Below, in pieces: positions 34,059 to 48,200 of a DNA stretch of 64,000 nt; the first letter of the stretch is position 1, and each line of letters starts with the position of its first letter. This DNA is from Phoronis australis (Eukaryota > Animalia > Phoronida). The DNA lies in assembly GCA_002633005.1 (NCBI GenBank), contig NMRA01000436.1:321891-385890 (forward strand). The letters are read 5' to 3'. The notes below the pieces were generated by a model, which was given only the letters and a program-made list of their open reading frames with translations, was not told where the DNA came from and searched no databases. Both the position numbers and the translations under genes were made by a program.

Positions 34059-36327
34059 GTGATGATGCTCGCTGGTTCCCTGCGTGCTTAGCCCAGCCAG
34101 CACGCCGGTATCACCTAGTGGCACGTGCTTTAGCATTGGTCGATGTAATCTTGGCAGTCATTGGTTAGCTTTACAACACCGTGAAAAAATGGCGGACTGT
34201 GAACGATTTTTAGCCTTCGTTTCTGAAGTGATGTTTAATAGCCGCGTGCTTGAAGCACATACATGCACAATAAANTTTTTGTCTTGTGTAGCACTCTCCA
34301 ATATGGCGTTATATTGACAACGCGAGCAGCATGTATCTGAGTGGCGCGCGCCCGGTCTATGTGATGATGTCTATGGTCTTGGCATATCAATTAAGGAGAG
34401 GTGGTTTGCCCAGCGGGAGAAAAACCGGCGAAATGACGAGCAGTTGACAGATCGTTTTGTTTTTTTTTTAATTTGAACTTAAGGAAAATCCCTCGGCATC
34501 AATAAAGATTCAATTTTTTTACGAACAAACAATAAAATATCGGGGAAACAGTTTGATTTCTGTGGCAGTAAAGAACCATTTTGAATAATACAATTTAGTC
34601 TGTTTTTATGCCACCTTAATGAACTTCATCAATCTTGGCTTATAGTTTCTCGGCCACCGAAAAGCGCAGTCTTTCTTCAAGTTTGAAGTTTTTTGGGATC
34701 CGTACTGAAATCCCCAACTATATACTAATACTTGGGTCGGCATTACCCTTGGTAAATGAGAAATTGACCAAATTAATACCAGTATTATTATTTTTTCAGG
34801 AAATATGCCCGGATGATAAGAACATCAAACGTCTAGTCTTCGTCCCATAGTTACATGTATCAGCCCGTGTGTCGTACCGGCGTTCACCCAGACTCACGGT
34901 GGAACGTGCAAGGACTAAACTATAAGAACGTGTTCAGAAACCGCTGGTTATTTGTTTGGTTCAAGTCTACGATTGTGTACTTGTATATCTATGTAAACAA
35001 GAAGTATATATCAGCAATAATTCAGTTGTCCCTTTTTACCTCGTTTAGTTCGTTGAGTGCACCCAAGGTAACTTTCTCAAGAAACGTGTACTGGAGATTA
35101 AGGTGATTTTAAGTGTTCGGTTTGTTGACTTGTAATAAAATAATTGATATTGTTGTGTCGCGTTGGTCTCTGCTTGAGTTAAATATACAGCGTGTCCAAA
35201 ATGTACTAAAACGTGTAATGACAATAACAGACTGATACCATTACGTGCACGTGCGTACGCATCCAATAACGTCACAGGCAACAGTAACGTACAATGTAGA
35301 GCTAAGTTGTCTCCTGGTTATGTGCCAGGAAACTGTGGCCTCTCTTTCTCTATTTAAAGCGTTTGATCCAGTTGTCGGTCCATGCAATATTCTCAGTGCC
35401 GAAAAAAATAAGATTTTGAAAACGGAGCTTTGACAGACAAGAAAAACACTCGTGTGTTACCAAAACAGATGGATGGGACAAAACAGCGTTACTTCTGGCT
35501 GCCAACACTACGTGTTTTTCTACACGCCCTCTATAAAAAAGATGGTTATCGCACTCCTTAACCACCGATTCTTTGTTTTGCATTCCGTGCCTGCAACGTT
35601 CTCCTGTTTTTCTTTTTGGCATCAGCACAATTTGTTTAAACTGCAATGAAAAGGATTTCGTGAAGGCGGAAATCTCGAGATTAAATTCTGCGGTACGTAT
35701 CCCCAACCAGGTCACTAATTGCGTGCGCGGGGTGCGTGAATGAGAGGGCGCCTTATCGAGTACAAGTTGCGTCCATTAGAAAACAGTGGATAAAGCAATA
35801 GAGTTTTGTTAAACGGGCGCATTTGCAAGGAATCGGTGAATTAACAAATCAATGAATTACATGCATGTTCAGTCAATTAGCGCCATTAAATTGAAACATT
35901 GCCGATGCGTTCTTTTTTGGTTTCGCAAAGGATAAAGAACACGCTGCTTACTTTTCTTGACTTGTGTTTTATTAGCTTTCAGCGTACACGTTGTCCAAAC
36001 AAAGTTCACATTCTCGATATGCCACACCACTGTAGACGGTTGGGGGTGGCATCTTGTCACCTGGTCCCAACGACTACCGGCACTGCTACTGCACAACCCG
36101 TATTGCTGTAGGTATCAAATTATGATTATAGCGGGCGTTGGTATTTCCACGTTCTTGTTCTGTACACGTACACATCGCATTGAATTCAGCATTGAGAAGA
36201 CACGAGTACCAAACAACCAGTTAAACACGGTAACAAGTAAAAGTAAGAAAGTTGGTTTAATATAGTTTTTATCTCTCCACGACTGACAACAAAATAAGTT
36301 TTCTTGGACCACGAATCCCCCTCAAAC

Positions 36328-36485
36328 CAGCTGGCGGATTTAGAGGGCGGTCAATGGGCCATGACCTACCCCCCAAAACTCTACCAGGTTCCATTTGGCA
36401 GTTCGGGGGTTCGAATATCTGACGGGCAAAATCCTGGCTAATACTCTGCCCTGTCCGCTGTCACTAAAATTCCTGGATCCCCCTG
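36328..36485 (-). mobile_element. MITE-like repeat copy (same family as 38388 and 52545)
   Basis: Reverse complement of the ggatccaggaatttt...gggcagagtattagccaggattttgcccgtcag core; inverted termini. Confidence 0.8.
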
Positions 36486-38387
36486 CACAAAGAACGTTTT
36501 TGATTTGGGCTTCTGTTATCGTTCACCGCATCAGCAATCGTTGCACACATTCATGAATTAACTACCAAAATAGAACCACTTACCCGAGCAAAACTGTCGT
36601 GACTTATGCGTTTTCTAGGTAGATTTTTATGATATCTGTGGAACGCTTTAACTTTTATAGTAGAATGACGTTCTCATGCGCGAAAAGATTAGTGAGCATA
36701 TAGCTCAACCGTGCACCTGAGAGGGAGTGATTATACCGTTTAATTCTATTTAAGGACGCCGAGTGGTTCCGTAATTCAGGCAGTAAACACTCTGTGGGAG
36801 ACAAATCACACACCAAGGGCGGCGCACCATAGGAGTCTGGGAAGCTATACAGGGCCGTATGAAGCTGACCCCCCAAAAATTTTCAGGTGTCAGGGTTAAA
36901 CTTTGGAAACCGACATAGGCGTGGGGCCGGGGACAATAGAGAAAAGAAAGACTGCGAAATAAGGATAACAGAGAAAATTCTAGAACATTTAACAACAGTG
37001 CAAGGTTTATCTTTTGAGGATCCTGGCCAGGACATTATTAGGGTCTCCGCTTTTGCAGCACAGGTCGTCTAAACGCTCTTGAAAATGTGCATGTAATCAT
37101 TCATACTCGTAAATTTATTTTGAAAAATGGAGAAATTTGTAAAGTGAAGCTCTTGCAGAGCGTACTAATTTAATGGATTTTTATATTCAATAAGTCAGTT
37201 TTGTGAATTTAAAACTATATTTTTCCAGGGGCCCCTTTCTGGCAAGAGATAACGGAGACAACTTTTGTTTTGTTTTATTGTCGAAACTGTATATCACTTG
37301 AGAAAAAATGATAACCTGACAGCTAACAACAATTGCTGCACATTTCCTGATTTTCGAAAAATGTAGATAATTTTATGTTTAAAAGCCCCACCCTCGAAGG
37401 AGGGCATTCATGATATTGAAGTGGCCACTCCTTTTGTGCTTTTTGACAAATTCTAAAGGGGCCGCACACGGAGAGAGGGCCTAATGCTGGAATCGCTTAC
37501 CTCCATTGTGCTTCTTTTTATGAAATCGTGCAACCGGCTTTCATGTTGAAGGCCAGTGCTGTGCCATCTATATGGTTATGGGCGGCGCTTCATAGGGGGC
37601 TCAGGAAGGCTATAGCGCCACACCTATTTCAGTCTGCGCCACCCATGCATACTGTTGTATTACAGCATCGATAAGCACGATTAGTTCGAGCATAAAATCA
37701 CGGCATTAATAAAACAGATTTATTGGTTGTATTCATAATTGACAAAATTGCACTCGAGTTCTTTTTATGGGTTTTGATTATGTGATATATGCAATGTGAG
37801 GTCGTCACACTTCGGGCATGTGTCTACTAAAACAGGAACATATAAGGCAGCTCACATTTGCTCATCACTGTGGATCGAATTTTCTAGTTCAAAGAAGGTC
37901 TGTGACCAAATGTTGTTGATAAAGATTCTGGCGAGGCGTGGGTGAGTTACATGTAGGCTGGAGCTTTTGTGTTTTCACGTCGACCAACGACGGTCAGGAA
38001 GACCTGCCTGGGACACACTAGAATAACTGTACCGTAGCTGGTCAGTCGATCAGTCGAGTACGTGTGCATTGGCATCAGTAGTTAATAAAAAGACACGCAC
38101 ACGTAACTTTGCTTTTGTCACATGACTCCAGTATAGGTGCATCTCAGTGGTGCCACGAGGTTAACGGCTCGCCGATTGGTCTCGTTTCCCGGCCATCCGC
38201 AGAAGACACGGTTTCACGGCGTCGCCGGGTATAAGTTAAGTGGGTGTCCCGACTGAGCTTTTTGTTACCCTGGCGTGCGTTGAAAAATTCAAGAACTTCG
38301 CGAAAACGCAAGATCACGCTACTTAGTAGACTCCGTGAGATATGCAGTTTATTACAAGCCAAGTATCTGGTCATACTTGGCAGTTCC

Positions 38388-38535
38388 CATGGGCGGATCC
38401 GGGATTTTGAGTTGGGGGGCAGGGCAGAGTGCTAGCCAGGATTTTGTCTGTCAGACATTGGCACTCCCGAACTGCCCAATGGAATCTTGGAGAATTGGGA
38501 TTGGCCCCCTTGGCCCCCCTCAAAATCCGCCACTG
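38388..38535 (+). mobile_element. MITE-like repeat copy
   Basis: CATGGGCGGATCC...AATCCGCCACTG inverted termini and the shared core. Confidence 0.8.
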
Positions 38536-41500
38536 GTTCCCGGCACTGCCGCGGTGCTCAGCGGGCCGGCGCATAGGACCTACGGAATTCAAGAATTCAC
38601 GCCCCTTCGTATCGGATTTTCTTGTCTCCCTACCAATTACTCAACACTCAATCGTTAAGTGTTCAGTGTCGAGGATAAAGGTTTACCAATATCCCCTCTT
38701 CACAAATTTTCGCGCCCACGACGCGGTTCGGCATCAACGTATGATGCGTAAAGTCCACGTTGGAGGGCGCTACGCAATGATCAAAGCCAAAGGCCTACAA
38801 CATATATAGGTCAATAATAAATGACCCAAATGCACTTGTAATGTTTGTCTGCTCGGTCAGTCAATGCCTTGTGTGTTTTCGATTGCTGAGCAGTTACCGT
38901 CGTGGTGACCGCCCCGGCGTGTCGACTACCTGAAAGCGATGATGGGTGCACGTTGATACTCTATAGTAGACCTGTACCATTGCGTGACAGCTGGCGTGTG
39001 GGCATGGTTTAACACGGCAACTGAAACATCGAGTTATCAGGTTAGCAGGTGCTATGCAGCGTGAGGCAATCTATAAGTTTACAAACAGAAGGCTAAACCT
39101 AAGCTGGGTAGACTTCATAGCTGTCTTGCGGCGATTAAAAAAATCTAACCAAGATCACGCACTGCCCACGCATTGAAAATACACGGTGATATTTCACAAA
39201 ATATCAGAAAATTATGCTTCTCTCAATAGCAAGGTATTTCTGCATAATTTCTCAGTGGCGTTGTTGAACTCGACCGACCCTGACCTCTGATAAATTATTT
39301 ACCACGCACTGACGTGATATATGCCATCAGTTCAGTCTGGAAACTGGCGGGTTCAATACAGTTCGTCAGCTGTGCAGTGTCCTGATGTCGATCGAGACTG
39401 GCTCATATTTAGCTGACACATAGCTGAGACGGCGGATTTCAAAAGTTATTTTATTTTGCTGCGTGAGGGGTCACTTCAAGCTAGCTTGGCCTTGATATTC
39501 AGTGAACCCTGGGCCGTGTTAGGACGAGTCCATGGACTATCGGTCGGCCACAGTAATATTGACCGTAGTAGTGACTGACGTTTGTACAATATTCCAGCAC
39601 ATGGACTGAACTTCCCTCCAATGTCAGGGCCTGTGATTTTTGGATCCAGACTAATGTCTAATCTTACCGTATTAGCTAGTATTCAGTAGTCCTTGTTTTT
39701 TGTTTTAATTTTAAATTTATTTTTGTTACTTGTGTATTTATTTGTCGGCTGTACTTGCCTGTGGCTAATGTTTTCTCTTATTTTACTTAAACCGACTATA
39801 AATATAGACTTGACTTGATTACATAATAACATAACATACAAGTTGACACCGTCAGGTCAATGTTGTGTAAAGAGATACAGATAGGTTCACCTTGCGTGCG
39901 TGTCAAACATGCGACCTAGTAGACGTGGCGCTGCGTTTGATTAGTCAGTACGTTTTCGCCTGACCCACATCCATGTTTTACTATTCTACAGAGTCAGATA
40001 GGCCACGATCCGAAACTTGCGACACTCAACAATGACAGAAGCTGTCAAAAAGGTAAGGTGTTGTTATGTACATGTATACAACAATTAAAAGGTTGCTCTA
40101 TTAATCTTGCAAGCCTATTGTGGGACTGCGCGGCCTATGTTCAATGATGTCAGTGAATGAAAAGTGGTCAAATTTGTGCAGTGACTTTAGTTATCGTAGT
40201 GGATTAATTTAGCGGCGCTGCTGGTCGATACCCGATTTAACGTATGTAAAAATAATTCCAAATGGAGGTAACAACAGAAGGGGTAAATGCCCCGCTGCTC
40301 AGTACTGGGCGCAAGAACTAAAGCGGCCAACAATGATGAGATGACTGAACATGTCTAAGTGAAAGTTCGTACGTAAAAACAATTGTGCCATTGTGGGTAA
40401 TTAACAGTGTCATTTTGTTGGGTGCGACGATTTGATTACAGCTGTACTTGGTTTGATACTCTCCTAGCACAATGTCTGGTCAGTTGTTCACTCCCTTGTG
40501 ATGGTCTGGTGAAACAATAGAAAGCCAGACCATTTGGTCAGATTTTTTTACAAAGCTATGATATGCATAAATATTCACCATCTCGATCAAACTGTCTCCT
40601 CTCATTCTTTGCGCTAATTTTCTCGAAACTTTCTGAGGTGCGAAAATCGATGCACAGTTGCTCTGTAATCGAAACAAAAGTGATCTGGTTTTAGCCGGGG
40701 AGTGACGTGTGAGCGGATATACATGTATGGCGGTGGCAAGTTTTATCCCCACGATTATCATCTTGATGTAGCTCAAGTTAGGCCAATCGATGATATCAGA
40801 GATTTGCAACAGACTCATATGATAACGAAGTCTGGGTTCGATATTGAGATTTGATTTGTTATGGCGACATCCGACTCCGCAAACCAACTAGGTTTCCCGT
40901 TCCGTAGACGCAATACACTCGCGAAACGCGAGATCACCCAAGTCTTCGCAAGATTTCGCCATGCATTACAAGAGAAACTCGTGATCTCTAACGCCCTCGA
41001 AATGCAGTTCAGTGTGGAGTTTAATAGATGTATCTCCGCCAGAAAAATCTAGCTAAATCAGTCACGTGGCCGTCGTTTAAAATACACGGCAATATCTCGG
41101 CGCGTACTGAATTTCGCGGAATCATGCCTTTCTAGCGAGGTCCTATAGTTTTTTGAACTCTACCCAGATCATCAAATGTCAAGTTTGTTTGTTAGCCAGG
41201 ATAAACTGTCCTTACCTAGTGAGCAAATCTAACGTAAGAACCTATGTTTTCTCAGCTTGCATTTTTGAAAGCCATACTGATTGGAGACACTAAGAAGTTC
41301 TGGTTCGGTTGTAAAAGTTACTTAAGGCATACACGTATGCGTTTGAAATCGGATATTCTGTAGTGCGATGGGCCTGACCTATTTGCCCTGCGCACGTCCG
41401 ACCTACTAATTCAGTTATCGGGGACCACACATATATTGTTTATAAGCTCGTGATCACCAAGTTTGAGAAGTAATTTTGACTTTGAACATGAACTTCTAAA

Positions 41501-42407
41501 ACACGGAAACTGTAATTAACTTTTGTGTTTCAATTATTTGTATCCACTGTCAGTACACAGGGAACCCTTTCTCAAATTTTTATATTTTCAGTATAACGAC
41601 GGAGATGTCAGCCAACAAATTTAAATCGTCACCAGTTTTTACGGATTTTGGATGGTCGATACCTCAGGTGTTCGGAGCAAAATAGCATTCCCGGTTCTCT
41701 TTTACCAATGGGGCATAACATAAAGTAAATTTTCAGGCTAATTGACCTACTCCTTACTAATAAATTTATGCTCAAAGCTGTTAGAAGTGCCAAACATCAA
41801 AAGGTCTGAAAATGGCTGATAATGACTTCTCTTGTACTTAAAATCCACTGAAGTCTTCCCAAGAAACTCGCACATTTGACGCCTAAATAATGCATTTTTA
41901 AAATGTAGAGTAGGCCTAGCAATGGAAATTATAGACAATACGGAATGTCAATATTGAATTTTGGGGGAAATGTCATCAAAAGTTAGTAATTACAATTGTA
42001 GCCACTGGATCAATGGTAACACGTTTGGGACAAATTAACTGACACTGATGTTTTGGTGAGTCAACCGAAACTTGTGGGAAAGACCTTCTATTCACTTCGA
42101 ATCACAGAATAGCGGATTTGCAGCGACGCCATAATGAAATTAGGTTAAAATGGTGCATTTGGGGTGCTCTGGTCAGGATTCCGAAAGCGGCCATAGTAAC
42201 AAGCGTAATACGCGGTATGAGCGCGAAGAAAACTTACGGCGGATACACTTGTTGTGTTCCTGGCTGCTTCAAAAAAACAAGAGATAAAAAATCTGAGCTT
42301 TTATGTGTTCCCTGCAAACCAAGAACTTCGTGAAAAATGGATAAACAAGATTAAGAGAGCTGGGAGTAAGGGGAGATTTAGCGCATTCAAACCAACGCGG
42401 GGCCATC

Positions 42408-43321
42408 TAGTAGGCAACACGTAAGGGCTACAATACTTCCATTCGCTTTCTGTACTCAGTTCGTTACTTCAGTGTATTTTAAACGGGCCGTGACCGGATT
42501 TGGGTTACCGATTTCGAGTTTTCACCTCGTCAAAAATACATTCTACACTTAAAGCTATCATTTAAAAAACGCTTACTTTCACCATTGGTCCTTTCTACTT
42601 CTACATTGTATACATGTCTTTGATGAAGCTTAGTTGTGAGAATTAAGTTGACTTTGACGAAGAATTACAACTCCACTTTTTTGGTTGCCGTTAATTTTAT
42701 CACCGCGTGCGCAGTAACCACAAAGCATGTCAACTGAATCACGTGAGTTAGGCAAAGATTAGCGCGAGACTGAGCGAAACGCGTGACCATTGCGCGTGAC
42801 GCTAGCGCGTGACGCTAGCGCGTGACGCTAGCGCGTGACGCTACCGCGTGACGCTACCGCGTGACGCTACCGCGTGACGCTACCGCGTGACGCTACCGCG
42901 TGACGCTACCGCGTGACGCTACCGCGTGACGCTACCGCGTGACGCTACCGCGTGACGCTACCGCGTGACGCTACCGCGCGACACTTGTAAAATACCATTA
43001 GAAGGTATTGGATGAAACTTGTAAGATGTGTGTCCCTTGGACTTTTTATTCGTCAACATGCGTAATTTCACGTAACTTCCTCAAAATGGCACCCGGTAAC
43101 TGTGAGAAACTCGAGCAAACCGCGACAGATTTTCATCGATTTGTTCAAGTTTTGCTAACTAAATTGTATCCAGAGTCGTGGTATGTGTTAATTATAACTT
43201 TGTGTTCCTAGATATATGGTTCATTTGATTTTATTTGCTGTATTTTGAAATGAGCAACTTTTTGTGAGGATGTATTATCACCCCTGAATGCCAGCGGCAT
43301 CCAGTGCGATGTAATTGCCTA
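42408..43321. mobile_element. Insertion with 9-bp TSD (GGGGCCATC) and TAG...CTA ends
   Basis: GGGGCCATC at 42399-42407 and 43322-43330; ends TAGTAGGCAA / TTGCCTA. Confidence 0.7.
42793..42980. repeat. 13-bp GC-rich minisatellite (CGCGTGACGCTAC)n, ~14 units
   Basis: Directly visible near-perfect array; the first units read GCTAG, the later ones GCTAC. Confidence 0.97.
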
Positions 43322-45208
43322 GGGGCCATCGTGTGTGCAGCGAACATTACCTGGTGGAAATAAGACGTATGAGAATAACATTCCGACGGAGTTTTCTCTT
43401 AAAATTAACGTCTCTAGCATATCCACGTCGAAAGCTAGAAAAGTTAAGCAACCCAAGAACTCTCAACTTGTCTGAAACCGGAGGAGATTTCGAAATCAAC
43501 GCCGATAGCCCCAATACTGAACATGACGACAGTCGTGCCCTCGGTCACTGATCATAGCTACGCTGTGTTTACAAACGAGAGAGAGGACTTGCTTGGTATT
43601 GTAAAGCAAAAAAATGAAACATGGTTTTTAGTTTGAAAATCACTCCAAATGCACATACTATCCAGCCTGACCACAAGCTATCCCATGAGCCTTCGCGCAG
43701 GAAGTAACTCGCATATGCGCAATGCGTAGTTCGTTTGCGCTGCAAATACCCTGTTACTCTGGTTTCAATGAGATTTTATGAATAACAGTGAAATGCTTTC
43801 ATCTCACAGACGAAGTAACTATTGTGCATAAGCTAGTGACTCCAAACTACCAATATCCAATTGTAGCCGGTGTGTTCCAAAGGGCCTGTGAAGTTGCTCT
43901 AATTGTCCAAACACAACAGGACATGTCTCATTGCTCATGTTTTCCAAGATGTCCATACGGCCACAAGATAAAATTTCTATATGCCTGCTGTCTGTTAGAC
44001 ACATTCTGATCGTCACTGGTATCAGTGCCATCATACCATTTCGTTGCAGTTTGTCGATAGCAAGTACAACTTCATCCAGGCAAAAGATTTGGAAATCCTG
44101 AAAATATTGATAAAATATATTTTCATGAGGTTTTATCACTATTTCAAATTTGACAAGGAGCTGAATAATTACATTTGTCGCTTGTTAATGATTTATAAGC
44201 AACAACTGGTTTTTTTTTTTAAAATTCAAGTAACTACTCAATTTCCGTGATCGAAAGGCATGCGGGCAATTTGGCATGTGCCTGAAATCCGGGCATTGTT
44301 TGTGCATAGGTACACCACCTCGTGCATCTAACAACCGAAGTGTCGTTCATTGTTTCTGGTGAAAGCATATCTGTTACACCCAAGTCCAAAATTTAAGATC
44401 TGTTCGAAGTAGTGAACCTTCGGAATAGTGAACCATCAGAGTAGTGAACCTCTGGAATAGTGGGCTGTTCCCATTTCCAGCGATGCAAGCAAGTTAACTA
44501 ACATGCAAAGAACAAGATCTAAATATCCAAGTCATTCTCCGATTAAATATTTCCGTCCGAGTATGAGGATCACTCATCTAAGCACGCCCTGTTTGAAATT
44601 TTGGCAGGGGGTAACGCTGGAACGTTTTCTTTCTGGACTGCATTACATCCGAATTTGGGTCCCTCTTTTTGCAAGCAACCGTCACGGCATCCCCGTTTCT
44701 GTTATTACGAATTCTTTCTGATCTTGGGAACATAGACTTGAGAGTCGTTGTTGTATATTTAGACCCCCCCTCCAGTTAAGCTTCGTCAAGGGCCTTACCG
44801 AAAACTCTACAGTGTCGACGCTTGCAAAATACAAGTATCAGCCTTACTGTATGTTCGAAGCACACCCGCGTAATGTTGGCTACGCCTTAGGCATGATAAA
44901 AATGTGGCGACACGTTGCTTTGGAGAAGCTAACGTGCCTGTGGAAAAATTTCACGTTTTTAACACCAGACAGCGCTCAAAACAGGCGAACATGCTTTATG
45001 ACGATTTGCTCTTGTGAAATGTCGGAAGGCTTACTTTCCCTTTTGAAATGTATATACATGTATTTGTAGATTCACGTAGATGTATGTACCATGGTAATTT
45101 GATATCGTCAAATAAACTTAAAACTCGATATTCTAATGATTGTTTGATTTTATTTATTAAGTGCCATAACAGTTTGCACGATGTGCCCTAAACTTGTTTT
45201 CATTTCAG

Positions 45209-48200
45209 GAGGAGGTTCCGCACTTGGTATTTGCCGTCACTCTGGCATATTTTGGTGTTACGTTCCTTCTAACGCGAATGGCCAGAAGTGTGTTGGTCCA
45301 ATGGACTAGCAAGGAAGTACACCCGTTTGCAAACGATATTTTGTCGACGTTTCAAGTTATCGCCTGCTCACTTGAAAACAGATCCACAAAACAAACTTAC
45401 GGTGACCTTGCTTTCACTTTTCAACTTTTCGTGGTAGGCATGTTACATTCGTTCACTTTAACTGGTTGTGGAAACCCGTGCGGTAACATGGTGCGGATGT
45501 TAACAAGAAAGGACAGTTTGGCCGTTGGATGTCTTAAAATGGCGCTACAGCTTCTAGGAGGAGTTATGGCTTGGTTCTACGCTAAACGGATCTGGAGCCT
45601 TGGCTTATCTGAGCTTCATGCGCAACGTTATGTCGAAAAAGAATGCCTGACAGACTTAAATACAGACGTTGGATCAGGGTGTTTGCTAGAGTTTGGAGCC
45701 GCTCTTTGTCTGTTGGTAATATCACGTGATGGCAGGTTACCACTTGTTGTTCAAATGGCCTTGGACTCCCTTATAACTGTGTCAGGTAAAACTGCACTTG
45801 CTTCAGATATAACAGTAAAAATACAGCTTCCACTCAGTCTTGAAGTGGTTAGCTTTTGATTAATTGTCTTTTAGGCTAATTGTGAAATAAGATGGTCGCG
45901 TGTTTTATTACAATAACCATGATTGTGAAAAAACAAGCACCACTGACATTGCCGTACAGTAATGCCCCGACGGCATGAATACACATCACTACTTCGTTGG
46001 TTAACTGCGAATTTTCACTATCACGAAACTATTTAAAATGTCGGACTCTGGTGTAATGTATGTGTTTCTGTACGCAGAAACGCACATTCTTCGGTTAGTA
46101 GATGCATCGATGTACCTGCCGAATACAACTCCCGGGTACTCATCACCAGAAATTCGTGAACTAGGCCATCCGCGAGGTGGCGATCGTCGTGTGAGTGTTT
46201 ATTATTAACTATTTTATAGTTGCAATGGTCTGAAATGTGTTTTAATATAGCCTGATTACGTCTTCTACACTTTCCCACTCAACGAATTCATTTCTGCACG
46301 TATGTACTATTAAACTTGCAACAAAAGCACTGAGCTGTCTGACCTCAGTCCTCAGGCTTAAAATAAGTAGTCAGTGTCTTTAGGTCAGCATAATGGCATT
46401 ATGCTGTAAAACAAATTAATTTCCATTCAGACTAACAAAATGCCGATGTGGTTGATTTATTCTATAAATCTGGAGATTCTGCTGCTGATACGTTGCTTTT
46501 ATTTTTAGGTTGGCTGGACCTTTTGCTTACATAATTCGCCAGAGAGACTGCAGTTGGGAACCAGAGTGCCTTTAACACCAGACTTTGTACTTCTGTACAC
46601 CACGCTATTGCTCCCTCTCAAAATCAAGAGGCGGTCAAAAAGAGCACTTTTTGCAGTATTGTACTGACCATTGGTAGATGATTCCAATCTTAGTTAGGGT
46701 AAAGTTGGTATTATCCCAACACTATATTCATTGCATGCAGGGCTCGACATAATTAAGTGTGTACATGCTCGAAAATACGATTTAAAAAGTTAAGTATTAA
46801 TGGGAACTTGACCTCACCCGTACAATCTAACATGTACGGAGCGAAAGTTCAGCATTTTTTTAGGTCGTCACCTTTTGTGAGTCCAAATCCGGGAACACGA
46901 GTGCAGAATTTGCGGTCACTCGTATTTTGGAGCAGGCATTTTCGCCCGTGTCGAGGGCTGGCATGAATATGTTTGTTTTATTTTTTTATTTTTGAAGTGC
47001 ATCAGATGTCATCTATGACACCGTGCAAAAGTTAAAGTTGCCAGTGCTGATATATTTTACTCTAGATTTTATTTTTTTACTTGATCTCATGATTATTTTC
47101 ACATGTGTTGAAATTCAGTAATTCCTCGTGGTAGAAATTTTTAACATTTGTATTTTTTGTATTCATTTATGATGTTCATTTCGTGTAAGTGATGTTGCTG
47201 TTTTCACAACAATCTCTTATTGCATGCAAACATGTCATATGAATTGGCTAAATCTTCCATTCTGGTCAGTTACTATTTAAATCTGAACACTGCTATTTAA
47301 AGCAGCATTGGTGGTATTTTGTATGCTTAGCGTTATAAAAAATAAAGTTTTGAACAAAAATTACTCATTGTTTCTGGCTATTATATGAACTCCTGTTTCT
47401 GTTTCTGGAAATTCCATTCCATATTATTTACTTGTACATTTACCGGCGCAATCTGTTTTGAAACCAAACTTTCCACTGCATAAGTGGATTTAGGCTTCCC
47501 TTTCGCACACGATAAAAATGGCATTGACATGTAGTTTTCAGTTCCTGAAATCCTTAGCCATTTCTGATACCTACTACTGATTCAGGAATGATAAAATTTT
47601 GTTCCATATTATTTATCTGTACACTCACCAGCACAGTCTGTTTTGAAACCAAACGCAGGGGCGGATCCAGGTTTTTTTTAAAAAAGGGGGCCAAGTCAAC
47701 AATTCGAAAATTTACATAACTAAAAGCAAGGGAAAAAGGGATCCGAAATCCTTTGACTCCCCTGGATCCGCCTATCAAACCGTGACGGTACGCTGCATAG
47801 ATGGATATAGGGGGGTCCGAGGGGGCCCAGGGCTTTCTCATTCTGCACACGATAAAAAATAGCGCCGACCTTTCGTTTTCAGGGATCTCACGAGGGTTTG
47901 TCCTACAAAAATTGACGTCACGCCCCTCGCAAGTCTATTATGAAGGTTTATCCTTCAGAAATTGAGGTCGGGGCCCCCATCATCTTAATTCCATGGATCC
48001 GTCTATGGGTATGAGTTCTTTTTTAATAAATGTGATACCTTCAACACAGCATAAATTAAAGACAGCAATATAATGTTAAAAAGAACTAGTACAACCTTAA
48101 CCTAGCTGCGTCTCATGAAGTGCTCTGTGCAATAATTTCAGAATTCATTTTTTTAGCAAAATACATGACCGACTACTTCTTGTTGCACTCTGGGAATTAA

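Larger units (their letters stand above)
42218..43565 (+). pseudogene. THAP-domain (transposase-associated) relic interrupted by a 914-bp insertion
   Basis: MSAKKTYGGYTCCVPGC...FYVFP...REKWINKIKR...FKPTRGH | insertion | GHRVCSEH..., with a downstream DHSY motif; frameshifted. Confidence 0.75.
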
